Source: Spirochaetota bacterium (GTDB taxonomy: Bacteria > Spirochaetota > UBA4802 > UBA5550). Taken from it: a stretch of DNA of 64,000 nt. Of the stretch, positions 19,756-29,196 are shown in pieces. Below the pieces are notes generated by a model that saw nothing but the letters and a program-made list of their open reading frames with translations, did no database searches and was not told the origin of the DNA. Within the stretch, counting starts at the first letter, position 1. Every line of letters starts with the position of its first letter. The stretch is from positions 2,880,001 to 2,944,000 of the forward strand of contig OY760686.1 in the NCBI GenBank assembly GCA_963663865.1. Direction: 5' to 3'. The position numbers and the translations under genes are program-made.

Positions 19756-20568
19756 TCAATATTCAGGATTGCCCCATACAGTGCGTGTTTTCCAGAAACC
19801 GTCAGACGCTTCTGAAATGGTCAAAGGCTGATTATAAACATTTGAGATAACCTCCCTGTGACCATAGAGGTACTGACCATCTACAGCCCCCCTCAGGTGA
19901 AAAGATGCAATTTCGACATCATGGTCTCCATCATCCACAATCTTTTCTTTCACAGATGTCCTGAAGGCAGTATACATGTCGCTGCCGTCAGTCCAGCGGT
20001 CGGAAAAATCAGACCACTGGTACTCGGATTTAACTGTTTTGAAGAAGGGCCAGCTTGAGATCGCAATGACCTTGCTGAACTCATAGGACAATGAAACAAA
20101 TCCAAAAATTGAATGCACACCGTTAAAGCGCTGCCGCATTGATGCATAAGTGGTATTCAGAGTCAGACAGCAGTCGAAAAAGACCCACCTCGTGGCGCCT
20201 CCAAAGGCCTTGTTATAAGAATATAGCGTGCTGTCATAAAGCCTCGGCCCATAGGTGTTTCCATGACCCGAGAAAAAAACAAAGTGATAGCTGTCAGAGT
20301 ATGTTGTCACATAGCTCTTCAATGCCTGAGAATCCTTGACATTGTTTCTGAAGGTAGTAATCGAGTATCCGTTAGATGATATACCCGACACAAGATAGTT
20401 GTAAAAATAATCCCCATGCTGATGACATCTATCAAGATCCATATCGGAGCCTGAATAGTCCTCAATTGTCACCGTCATGGAATATAGCCAGGGAGGAACT
20501 CCCCAGTCAGAGGCATACAGTGATCCCGACAGCAGAAAAGAGAAAAAAACAAGTAGAAACCGCTTCAT
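19756..20568 (-). CDS. secreted DUF6345-like putative His-Cys (clan CD-like) peptidase
   Basis: ATG at 20568 with GGAGG; signal peptide; FVFFSGHG and WVFFDCC..L motifs; NGVHSIFGF. Confidence 0.65.
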   Translation of the reverse strand: MKRFLLVFFSFLLSGSLYASDWGVPPWLYSMTVTIEDYSGSDMDLDRCHQHGDYFYNYLVSGISSNGYSITTFRNNVKDSQALKSYVTTYSDSYHFVFFSGHGNTYGPRLYDSTLYSYNKAFGGATRWVFFDCCLTLNTTYASMRQRFNGVHSIFGFVSLSYEFSKVIAISSWPFFKTVKSEYQWSDFSDRWTDGSDMYTAFRTSVKEKIVDDGDHDVEIASFHLRGAVDGQYLYGHREVISNVYNQPLTISEASDGFWKTRTVWGNPEY

Positions 20569-20746
20569 GATATAACCTCCGGAGTAGAAAATAAGCGAAG
20601 CCGCTCGGAGCGCTTCATGTGAAGTTAACACTATTTCAGGAAATTTCGAGATTTTATGAAAAAATAATAATTTTTTTTCAACCGCACTCCTGCTTGACAT
20701 AGCCATGGGGCTGAAAAAAAATCACTCAAAACATGAGAGAGACAAA

Positions 20747-21415
20747 ATGAAAGGCCGAAAACTATATAAATACAGCTGTGTTTCAGAGTTCCCGAATGTT
20801 CTTGAGCCAGGTTTTAAATGGGGGGGGGATAATACCGGTTGCCCGGTCTATGACCCCTCGGTTTTCCCGACGGTGGGCCCACTGATCATTGAGATCGGAT
20901 GCGGCAAGGGAGATTACAGCCTGGCTCTCGCGAGGAGAAATCCTGAGAAAAACTACATGGGAATAGACATAAAGGGAGCAAGAATCTATCACGGCGCGCT
21001 GGAGGCCCTTGAGGAAGGCATATCAAACCTTTCATTCCTGCGGACGCAGATTGAGTATCTTGACCTGTTTTTTCCGCAAGATTCCGTTTCAGAAATCTGG
21101 ATAACATTTCCGGACCCCCATCTCAAAAAGGAAAACAGCGCTTACCGTAAAAGGCTGACTGCTCCCCGCTTTCTCTCTCTGTATAAAAAATTCCTCAAAC
21201 CCGGTTCGTTCATTCATCTTAAAACCGACAGCCAAACGATGTTCAGCTATACTGCTGATACAGTGAATTCAGAAGGCTTTAACATTGTTGACAGCACCGA
21301 AGACCTCTACTCAACACATGGAGAGTGCGAGGCCACCTCCATTCAGACAAACTACGAGAAGAAGTATTTAGCGCTTGGGATACCAATCAAATATCTGAAG
21401 CTGAAAATGTCATGA
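20747..21415 (+). CDS. trmB: tRNA (guanine-N7)-methyltransferase
   Basis: IEIGCGKG, GIDIKGARI, ITFPDP, HLKTD, TNYEKKY. Confidence 0.93.
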   Translation: MKGRKLYKYSCVSEFPNVLEPGFKWGGDNTGCPVYDPSVFPTVGPLIIEIGCGKGDYSLALARRNPEKNYMGIDIKGARIYHGALEALEEGISNLSFLRTQIEYLDLFFPQDSVSEIWITFPDPHLKKENSAYRKRLTAPRFLSLYKKFLKPGSFIHLKTDSQTMFSYTADTVNSEGFNIVDSTEDLYSTHGECEATSIQTNYEKKYLALGIPIKYLKLKMS

Positions 21416-21422
21416 GACTTTA

Positions 21423-22436
21423 TTAACGGTAGCCGTCAGGGTTTTCTTTCTGCCAATTCCAGCTGTCTCGGCACATGTCTTCAATCCCGTACTCAGCCTG
21501 CCAGCCAAGAACATCGCGGGCCTTCGTCGGATCCGCGTAGCATGAATCAATATCCCCTGGACGCCGCTCAGCGATACGAAAAGGCACTCTCACTCCGTTT
21601 GCCTTTTCGAAGGCCTTCACAACATCGAGGACGCTGTATCCTTTCCCGGTACCGAGATTGTAAATTTCCGTGCCTTCGGCGTTTGCCATGCGTTCAAGCG
21701 CGGCCAAATGTCCCCTGGCAAGATCAACTACGTGAATGTAGTCCCTGACCCCCGTGCCGTCATGCGTGTTATAATCGCTGCCGAAAACAGATAGCTCCTT
21801 AAGCCTGCCGGAAGCAACCTGGGTTATGTAGGGCATCAGGTTGTTGGGTATGCCGTTCGGGTCTTCTCCGATAAGTCCGCTTTTATGTGCTCCTATGGGA
21901 TTGAAGTATCTCAAAAGCACTGCCTTCCATTCACTGTCCGCAGCGCAGATGTCCCTCAGTATATCCTCAATCATAAGTTTTGTCATGCCGTACGGATTGG
22001 TCGCTGACCGCGGAAATTCCTCGGTTACAGGCACTGATTCCGGGTTGCCGTAAACTGTCGCTGAAGAGCTGAACACAATCTTTTTTACACCGTTGCGCCT
22101 CATCACATCACAAAGCGTCAAAGTGCCTGCAACATTGTTAGAGTAATATTCAAGAGGCTTTTGTACCGACTCGCCGACTGCCTTCAGTCCCGCAAAGTGA
22201 ATTACGGCATCAATAGCGTTTTCTTTAAAAACGCCCTCCAGAGCTTTCTCATCCCGAATGTCCGACCTGTAAAAAGAAACGCTTCTTCCTGCAATCTTTT
22301 CAACCCGGCGAAGCGATTCTTCGCTGCTGTTGGAAAGGTTATCAACAACGGCTACATCATGCCCTGCCTCAAGAAGTTCAAGGCAGGTGTGGCTCCCTAT
22401 AAATCCGGCTCCGCCGGTAACAAGTATTTTCATCAT
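21423..22436 (-). CDS. galE: UDP-glucose 4-epimerase
   Basis: [48 protein letters not shown]. Confidence 0.97.
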   Translation of the reverse strand: MMKILVTGGAGFIGSHTCLELLEAGHDVAVVDNLSNSSEESLRRVEKIAGRSVSFYRSDIRDEKALEGVFKENAIDAVIHFAGLKAVGESVQKPLEYYSNNVAGTLTLCDVMRRNGVKKIVFSSSATVYGNPESVPVTEEFPRSATNPYGMTKLMIEDILRDICAADSEWKAVLLRYFNPIGAHKSGLIGEDPNGIPNNLMPYITQVASGRLKELSVFGSDYNTHDGTGVRDYIHVVDLARGHLAALERMANAEGTEIYNLGTGKGYSVLDVVKAFEKANGVRVPFRIAERRPGDIDSCYADPTKARDVLGWQAEYGIEDMCRDSWNWQKENPDGYR

Positions 22437-22844
22437 TATCCTCATATCCTTTTTTAAGTCGATTTCTTCAAAAAGCTTTATCAAACACCATTGTCCTCAT
22501 CTGAGCACTAACAGTTCTTTGCAGATGAAGAAGACGATCAAAGATTATTTCACATAGATTAAAATCACACAACTCCAGAAAGCGATCATTATAAATCAGA
22601 GTCAACTATCATTTAATCCCTATCAAATCGCGGACGTTTAATTATTTAGCACTCACATCTAAATATATTGTTGACTGTATTATCTATTTCGTGATATAAA
22701 CAGTTGTATATTTCTTTATGAAAGTATTTATTTTGTCATTCACATATTGTCAAAATTAAGTGTACCAGTTACAAATCAAATACCGTCACTGATACCTGCG
22801 GCTATTGGCGCTTCAGTGTGTAACTTATTCAGCGGGAGCATCCA

Positions 22845-23480
22845 TTGGAATTCAGAAGACTCCTCTCCCTCTGTGCCATAGTCGGCCTAATCGCTCTGCC
22901 GGGCTGCACAAGCTACGGAACCAGAGGCTATTCCCCGGTGCCGGAACTTCCGGACGCTCCAGACGGTAACGTCAAGAAATCGCTCTGCGTTCAGATTAAA
23001 CTCATGAGCAACGGAGTGATGGAAAGCCCCCTTAAATATGAATCCATTTCTCTTTTGACAAACAGCCTGTCTAAAGAGCTTGCAAGCACAGACAGATTTT
23101 CCCAGGTAACCGTCGCTCTCGACAGCTACCCGGAACCATGGAGCTCCAGGCCCGAAGCCGACCTGTACATGTTTTTTACTCTCGACATCGTTTCGTTAAA
23201 TGGATTCGGACAAACATGTTTCAGCTGCCTGACTATTCTCTCTCTGGGCTTCATACCTTCGAAATCTTCAGATCTTTATAAATGGCGCGCAGAGATAACA
23301 GACCACTACGGCAACCATCTTGCATCTTTTGCATCTGAGACCATAGTTACAGTATGGTACGGCAACTGCCTCCTTCCGCTTCAGCTTATTCTTGAATCCG
23401 GCAAAGAATCACGGTTTGAGACTTTGAAGCGCATTTCACGGTATACGGCTGTCAAGGCGGTCACAGTCAATGCGCTTTAG
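22845..23480 (+). CDS. hypothetical lipoprotein
   Basis: TTG start after GGGAG; lipobox LPGC; hydrophobic TILSLGFIP segment. Confidence 0.6.
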   Translation: MEFRRLLSLCAIVGLIALPGCTSYGTRGYSPVPELPDAPDGNVKKSLCVQIKLMSNGVMESPLKYESISLLTNSLSKELASTDRFSQVTVALDSYPEPWSSRPEADLYMFFTLDIVSLNGFGQTCFSCLTILSLGFIPSKSSDLYKWRAEITDHYGNHLASFASETIVTVWYGNCLLPLQLILESGKESRFETLKRISRYTAVKAVTVNAL

Positions 23481-24264
23481 GCCCGGGTTTTCACTATTAT
23501 CCATCATTTTGTTTATGACCTCTTTTTATCCTGTCAGGGCATCAGGAGACGAGGTCCATCTTAAAAGCGGAGTCATTCTGAGGGGAAAGGTTACCAGAGA
23601 AACATTCAGAACGGTTTTTATCGACCCTTACAATCCAAGAAAACATACTTTTTTTACTCCGGGAAAAGTTGTAATTCCCCTTGAGGATATAAAAAGCATC
23701 CATTACTCAAAAACCGGAGTGACGAAAGAATATAACGAAACTTATAAACCTTACTGGAAATTTACCGCCGATTCAGGAGTCCTTTTTCAGACCATTCTCA
23801 ACAACAAAATGGGCATCTTCTATTCCATAGAAGTTGGATTTGGAATTACGCCTTTTCGATGGCTTACACTGCAAAGCTTTATTACTATTGCTACAACATC
23901 TTCCGGAAAAACACTCTACACAGTAGATGATCATGATAATACGGTCAAATCACACAGAGTAGAGCTCGATATGGGAACCATTGAATCCTGTTTTTCACTT
24001 ATCAGGGGCGATACATGGAAACTTGAAGCAGGTTTTGGGTTTGGTTTCGCGGCTCTTGATTTTATGACAAAAAACAATGTGGAAGGAAATACTCTGTTTT
24101 CCTCTAACTACGCTGCCGGAATATACTTTGTGAAGAAGATCGAATTACTTTCATCTTTCTGTGTAAAAGCCAAATATCACGTTGTCGATTTCGACAACAG
24201 CGGAGGAAGCGACATTTCAGGAAACTTCCTCGGGCTCTACGTTGGCCTCGTTTTCAACTTCTGA
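23470..24264 (+). CDS. secreted putative outer-membrane beta-barrel protein
   Basis: Signal peptide; DEVHLKSGVILRGKV N-domain; C-terminal YVGLVFNF (terminal Phe). Confidence 0.65.
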   Translation: MRFRPGFSLLSIILFMTSFYPVRASGDEVHLKSGVILRGKVTRETFRTVFIDPYNPRKHTFFTPGKVVIPLEDIKSIHYSKTGVTKEYNETYKPYWKFTADSGVLFQTILNNKMGIFYSIEVGFGITPFRWLTLQSFITIATTSSGKTLYTVDDHDNTVKSHRVELDMGTIESCFSLIRGDTWKLEAGFGFGFAALDFMTKNNVEGNTLFSSNYAAGIYFVKKIELLSSFCVKAKYHVVDFDNSGGSDISGNFLGLYVGLVFNF

Positions 24265-26151
24265 TTCAGCGCCTTCAATTATCTTAAGCATTTTTTCAAG
24301 GGTCTTTCGGTTGAACAGACTGCCTTCGTACAGGCCCTTATAAAGATACTCCGACCTCTTAGCCACCATAACGTCCTCCGAAAGGCCGGAGCCTTCCCCG
24401 CCGATATCATAGCCTTCTTTAATTGTGTGAATAACCTTCTGGCTTGTGAGGCTGATCATATCCTTAATATTCTTTTTTGATGATATTATCCTGTCGCATT
24501 CAGCAAGCCTGCCGAGAGCGTAGTCCACCTTGGCGCCGTCGCGCTTTGAGGCGGCTAACAGAGCGGCAAGCCTGCCCGCGCTTTCCACAGCCCGTGAAAG
24601 CGCGGGCAGGAGTCCCTGCAGATCGGAAAGCATCGCCTTTATCTTGACTGCAATCTGCCTTCCGGGGCTGTATCCTTCCCTTCGCCTTTGAAGAGAAGCA
24701 GTATATATTTCATCAATTCTCTCAGCTATGCAGCAGCCCGGTTCAGGAAATCTCAATGATCTCTGTCCGCGATGTTCAACTCCTGGAATAAGCGCCCCGC
24801 TGACCGTCGCATTTATGAGCGAAGCATCCTGTCTTTTAGCGAACCAGCTGCGGAATATCATCATCTTGTGGTTCGTGCGGACCCTGCCGCCCCCTATTGC
24901 CTCTACGTAAACAGCGGGAAGCGCCCTCTGCTGAAAGCGGTTATGGCAGTGCGCGTTCCAGGTCCGGTTAGTCCTCAGGTAAACCTGTTCATCGAGATAT
25001 GATCCACGGGCATGAGCCAGACCGTCAGAGAACGACAGATCCTGCCCGACCATGACAACGGGAGAACAGCCCAGCCTTCTCGCGAAGTCATATGCGTTTG
25101 TAGAGACTGAGCCGCCGTTCGTTATTTCGCCGTGCTCACCGGCCTCGGACTCAATCCATTTCAGCAGGTTGAACGCGATCCCCGTTGTCACGTAACGCCC
25201 GCCAAAGAGCCTGAACACGGACGGATGCACCGTAGGATCAGCGACCAGCACTGTCGATTCAGGACAGCTCCCTTCAAAGTACCGGGCGTTGACAGGCTGA
25301 GGGTCGACCGCTACAGTGAAATCGGGGGTTATGCCGTTTTTCTTAAGCACTCCGTAAGCTGTGTCGACCGCGACAATAAGCGCCCTGCCGCGGATTGAGC
25401 GGATGAACTCAATGCTCCGATTAAGAGAAGGGCCGGCCGCGACAACAACCGCGCCGACTCCTTCGAACCTGCCGTAAAAGTCCGAGGCCCCTGGCGAACC
25501 AATAAACCTATTTATATTTCGGGCAATGTTGGAACTCCATATCTTTTCAAAGCGTGCCAGAGTCGCGATGTTTACTGTCTTTGACGACAGCTGTGCCCTG
25601 CAGGTTTCGAGCATCGTACTATAATAATCGGGAAACAGCTGATGCGACCCACGATGCGTGAGAAAAGAAACGCTGGCTGATGAGCGGTCCCTCAATGCAT
25701 CAAGTATCTCCTCGTCGGACGGGGCGATCATAAGATTTACCCTTCTGTCCCCGAACAAAGCTCCGAGCTGCCGCCTTTTCAGGGCCTCCGCTGCAATAAG
25801 AGGGCTTTTTTCAATGATGATGATTGATGAATCAGCGGAAACCCTGCGGGCAAGCTCTTCCACATGATAGGCAAAGCCGAGCCCCAGCACAATAAACAGG
25901 TCGTGACTGTCCGCTCCGACTCCTTCAATAAATCGCGCCGCCTCCTTGACCGGATCGAAGCGGCTGTGCAGCATAAGCTTCCTTCCCTCAAAATGGACAG
26001 CCGGAACAGGGTTACCCGCGCTGTTCTCGATCACCTCAAGTTCCATGCCTTCTCCGCCGAGAGCTGCCCTTTCATTGAGCGACTTTATAAGTTCTTCGTA
26101 TGATTTATCCAATATCTTCCCCGCTAATGTTCCGGACTGACGGCCCTGCAT
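24217..26151 (-). CDS. motility-associated factor (Maf/DUF115, MptE-like) glycosyltransferase; true start may be near 26046-26112
   Basis: LHSRFDPVKEA, GLGFAYH, VAAGPSL, AVDTA, GGSVST, LGCSPVVMVGQDLSF. Confidence 0.85.
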   Translation of the reverse strand: MQGRQSGTLAGKILDKSYEELIKSLNERAALGGEGMELEVIENSAGNPVPAVHFEGRKLMLHSRFDPVKEAARFIEGVGADSHDLFIVLGLGFAYHVEELARRVSADSSIIIIEKSPLIAAEALKRRQLGALFGDRRVNLMIAPSDEEILDALRDRSSASVSFLTHRGSHQLFPDYYSTMLETCRAQLSSKTVNIATLARFEKIWSSNIARNINRFIGSPGASDFYGRFEGVGAVVVAAGPSLNRSIEFIRSIRGRALIVAVDTAYGVLKKNGITPDFTVAVDPQPVNARYFEGSCPESTVLVADPTVHPSVFRLFGGRYVTTGIAFNLLKWIESEAGEHGEITNGGSVSTNAYDFARRLGCSPVVMVGQDLSFSDGLAHARGSYLDEQVYLRTNRTWNAHCHNRFQQRALPAVYVEAIGGGRVRTNHKMMIFRSWFAKRQDASLINATVSGALIPGVEHRGQRSLRFPEPGCCIAERIDEIYTASLQRRREGYSPGRQIAVKIKAMLSDLQGLLPALSRAVESAGRLAALLAASKRDGAKVDYALGRLAECDRIISSKKNIKDMISLTSQKVIHTIKEGYDIGGEGSGLSEDVMVAKRSEYLYKGLYEGSLFNRKTLEKMLKIIEGAESEVENEANVEPEEVS

Positions 26152-26216
26152 TAATTATCGAATTACAGCCGGGTATGGTAAAAGTATTTTCTTTTTTGGC
26201 GGGGGGATAATGACCT

Positions 26217-27929
26217 TCAGCGGCTCCCTGTTTTCCCCTCCGCATCGGACTTCCCGCTTCCGAGGTTTCTGAGCTTTCCAGGCTTTTCGTAACGGCCTCC
26301 AAGCCCCATTAGCGGAAGTACCCTGTCGGCAATCGCGGCAAACACAGGGGCCGCAACCTCTCCTCCGCTGCGGTTCACTCCCGGATCATCAAGCACTACC
26401 AGTATGCACAGAGCCGGGTTCTCGTAAGGGACTATTCCCGCGAATGAAGATACGTATTTGCTGGAATATATTCCCTCCTTTCTCGAAAACTTTTTGGAAG
26501 TACCCGTTTTCCCGGCCGCGCTGTAAAACTCCGGCGCTCCGCCTCTCCCTGTTCCCTCACGCACTACATTTCTCATGAGACTCATCATCAGCGAGGCTGT
26601 CTTTTCTGAAAGAACTTTGCCTTTACTTCTGGGGTAGAAACCTCTCTTCCAGCTTCCATCCCTGGATATGATGGACTCAACTATCATCGGACTCATGTAA
26701 ACACCTCCGTTAGCGACCGAAGCAAAGGCCGAGGTAAGCTGTATGGAGTTTACTGACATCTCATATCCAATTGAAATAGAGAACTTAGAAAGTCCAGACC
26801 AGCGTCCCTCCTCTCGCAAAATCCCCGAGCTCTCTCCGGGCAGCTCAACTCCGGTCTGTTCACCGAATCCAAAACGCTTGAGACCCTCGTAAAGGGTCTT
26901 CTGCTTTACCCTCTTCATCAGCTCAATAACACCTGAATTGCACGAGTGGGTCACAATGCCTTCAAGACCGAGTTCACCATGAGGTTTTGTGCAGCTGATT
27001 ATTACGTCAGCTATCTCGCTTTCGCCTTTACAGTTTATCCTGATATCCCGCAGCGAAGGATTTGCCTCAAGCGCCGATGCCAGTGCGAATATCTTCATCG
27101 TTGAACCCGGCTCAAATGTATCGGTAAAGCTGAAATGCCTGAAGTTTTCCCTGCTGAATCTGTAATAGTAATTCGGGTCGAAACCGGGCGACTTGGCAAA
27201 TGCAAGAATTCTGCCCGTTTTGACTTCCATGACAACCGCCGCACCGCTTCCGGCTCCGTATCGGGCAACGGCCCTGTCAAGCTCCTTCTCAGCCGAATAC
27301 TGAATGAATCGGTCAATAGTAAGCTGCAGGGTCTTCCCGTACACCATCACATCATTAGCATCAGAGCCAAGCCTTTCCTCCTCGCCGCAAAGCGACGACT
27401 CAAAATGATACTCAAGTCCTTCCATTCCGCTATTTTCAGCATTCACAAAGCCCAGGATGTTTGATGCGAGTCTGCCTTCAGGATAGACCCTCTTATACTC
27501 TTTTCTGAAACCAAGCCCCCTGATTCCGAGCTTCCTTACAGCTTCCGCCGTCTCCGGGTTCAGCTTTCGCTGAATCCACACAAAGCTCTTATCTTTCACG
27601 AGTCTTGCTTTTATCCAGGACGGGTTGAGTCCGAGCACGGCCGCCAGCCTCAATGCCGTTGAATCTGGATCATCGACAAGCCCCGGGTCAGCGAACAGTG
27701 ATTCGGTTTCTATACTCATCGCGAGTATACGGCCATTTCTGTCAGTAATGTTTCCTCTGACCTTGACAGCCTTTCTGTCATCGGGAAGTATTATGCGGGT
27801 GGAAAAGTGAAGTTCGAAGAGCCGGACAACGAGAAGCACTGTCAGCACAACAACAAGCGCCGCCGCCATTACTATTCTTCGTCTGATAGAACCGTCATTC
27901 ATAATTCGCAGTACCGCAGGCGGCCTCAA
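26217..27929 (-). CDS. class B penicillin-binding protein (FtsI/PBP2-like transpeptidase)
   Basis: RGNITDRNG, RVYPEG, GMEGLE, EPGSTMK (SxxK), SCN (SxN), KTGT. Confidence 0.92.
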   Translation of the reverse strand: MRPPAVLRIMNDGSIRRRIVMAAALVVVLTVLLVVRLFELHFSTRIILPDDRKAVKVRGNITDRNGRILAMSIETESLFADPGLVDDPDSTALRLAAVLGLNPSWIKARLVKDKSFVWIQRKLNPETAEAVRKLGIRGLGFRKEYKRVYPEGRLASNILGFVNAENSGMEGLEYHFESSLCGEEERLGSDANDVMVYGKTLQLTIDRFIQYSAEKELDRAVARYGAGSGAAVVMEVKTGRILAFAKSPGFDPNYYYRFSRENFRHFSFTDTFEPGSTMKIFALASALEANPSLRDIRINCKGESEIADVIISCTKPHGELGLEGIVTHSCNSGVIELMKRVKQKTLYEGLKRFGFGEQTGVELPGESSGILREEGRWSGLSKFSISIGYEMSVNSIQLTSAFASVANGGVYMSPMIVESIISRDGSWKRGFYPRSKGKVLSEKTASLMMSLMRNVVREGTGRGGAPEFYSAAGKTGTSKKFSRKEGIYSSKYVSSFAGIVPYENPALCILVVLDDPGVNRSGGEVAAPVFAAIADRVLPLMGLGGRYEKPGKLRNLGSGKSDAEGKTGSR

Positions 27930-27963
27930 CAGCCGCCTGCGGAGCGGGCCCTCCTCCGGCGTT

Positions 27964-29046
27964 TCAGCGTATCAGGCCGAGACGTGAAAAGTCCAGATTG
28001 AAGACCTGATCAGTATTCCAGTAGAGCACAAACGCGCGCCCCTTGATCTTGGCAATATCGAGGTAGCCGAAGTAGCGCCCATCCATTGAATTCTCCCTGT
28101 TGTCTCCGAGAACCACAAGTTTCCCTTCAGGAACCACGCCCTGAATTCTGCTTGTTTCAGGATCATCGAAGGTGAGTCCTTTAACGTAGGGCTCGTTCAG
28201 CTTCTCGCCGTTGATGTAGACATGCCCTCCCCTGATAGAGAGTTTGTCACCGGGAACACCGATACATCTCTTTATGTAATCCTTATCCTGCTCATGGGGA
28301 GGTCTGAAGATCACTATATCGCCTCGCTGCACATCTCTAACACCCAGAAAATCGAGGTGTATCGGCCCGTCCATGCCGGCCATCTGAGGTATTATCGGGC
28401 CGTAGGTGAGCTTCTCGACAAAGAGGTGGTCTCCTACAATCAGGGTATCCTCCATTGAGCCTGTAGGAATGAAATACGCCTGAACAACATACTGGATTAT
28501 GTGTACAGCTAAAACAAGGGCAACCACAACAGCATCAATAAATTCCCAGACTTTTCTATAAATCCTGGTCCTGCCGGGAGCCATATCGACGAAAGAAGCA
28601 AGGAGAATCTCCCTCTCGTCAGGATTGAGGAGCACTGAGGGAAACGAAAATGATGTCTTCTCGCATCGGACAACAACATTGCCAAGAATGTTATGCTCTA
28701 TGTATCTGATGTCGCCCGCTGGAACAGCCACTTCAGAATCTACCCCCTTTAGAGTCACTCCGTCAGATTTAATTTTCAGGCTGCCCCCTTTGAAGCGCCT
28801 GTAACCGACAATATGATTGATATACCTGACGGCAAAAATAACTGTAGCGAATCCGCCTATGAAGTAAACAGGCTCGAAAGGCGTCTCGACAAAGGGAAGA
28901 GCGACTGCAAGGAACAGCGTTGAGTATATAAAGAGCACAAGCTTGACAGCCCTCTTAACAAAAAACTTCACGGACTCCCGGCCTGAAATGACGGAGTAAA
29001 CCGCCTCAACCGCCGAATCTTTCTCAAAACGGAAAAACTGGATCAT
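27964..29046 (-). CDS. lepB: signal peptidase I with N-terminal membrane extension
   Basis: IPTGSMEDTL, DYIKRCIG, LGDNRENSMDGRYFG. Confidence 0.9.
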   Translation of the reverse strand: MIQFFRFEKDSAVEAVYSVISGRESVKFFVKRAVKLVLFIYSTLFLAVALPFVETPFEPVYFIGGFATVIFAVRYINHIVGYRRFKGGSLKIKSDGVTLKGVDSEVAVPAGDIRYIEHNILGNVVVRCEKTSFSFPSVLLNPDEREILLASFVDMAPGRTRIYRKVWEFIDAVVVALVLAVHIIQYVVQAYFIPTGSMEDTLIVGDHLFVEKLTYGPIIPQMAGMDGPIHLDFLGVRDVQRGDIVIFRPPHEQDKDYIKRCIGVPGDKLSIRGGHVYINGEKLNEPYVKGLTFDDPETSRIQGVVPEGKLVVLGDNRENSMDGRYFGYLDIAKIKGRAFVLYWNTDQVFNLDFSRLGLIR

Positions 29047-29196
29047 CTATTGCTCCTTATTAAGTGGCTAAACCGGCTACAAAAGGGAAAAAAGGACTTT
29101 TTTTCTCGTTTGAGACTATGCCGGGAGTAAAACTGATTGCAGAAATAACTGCGTCTATATAAAATAGTCATAAATCAGTGTCTACAACTTTTTGAC

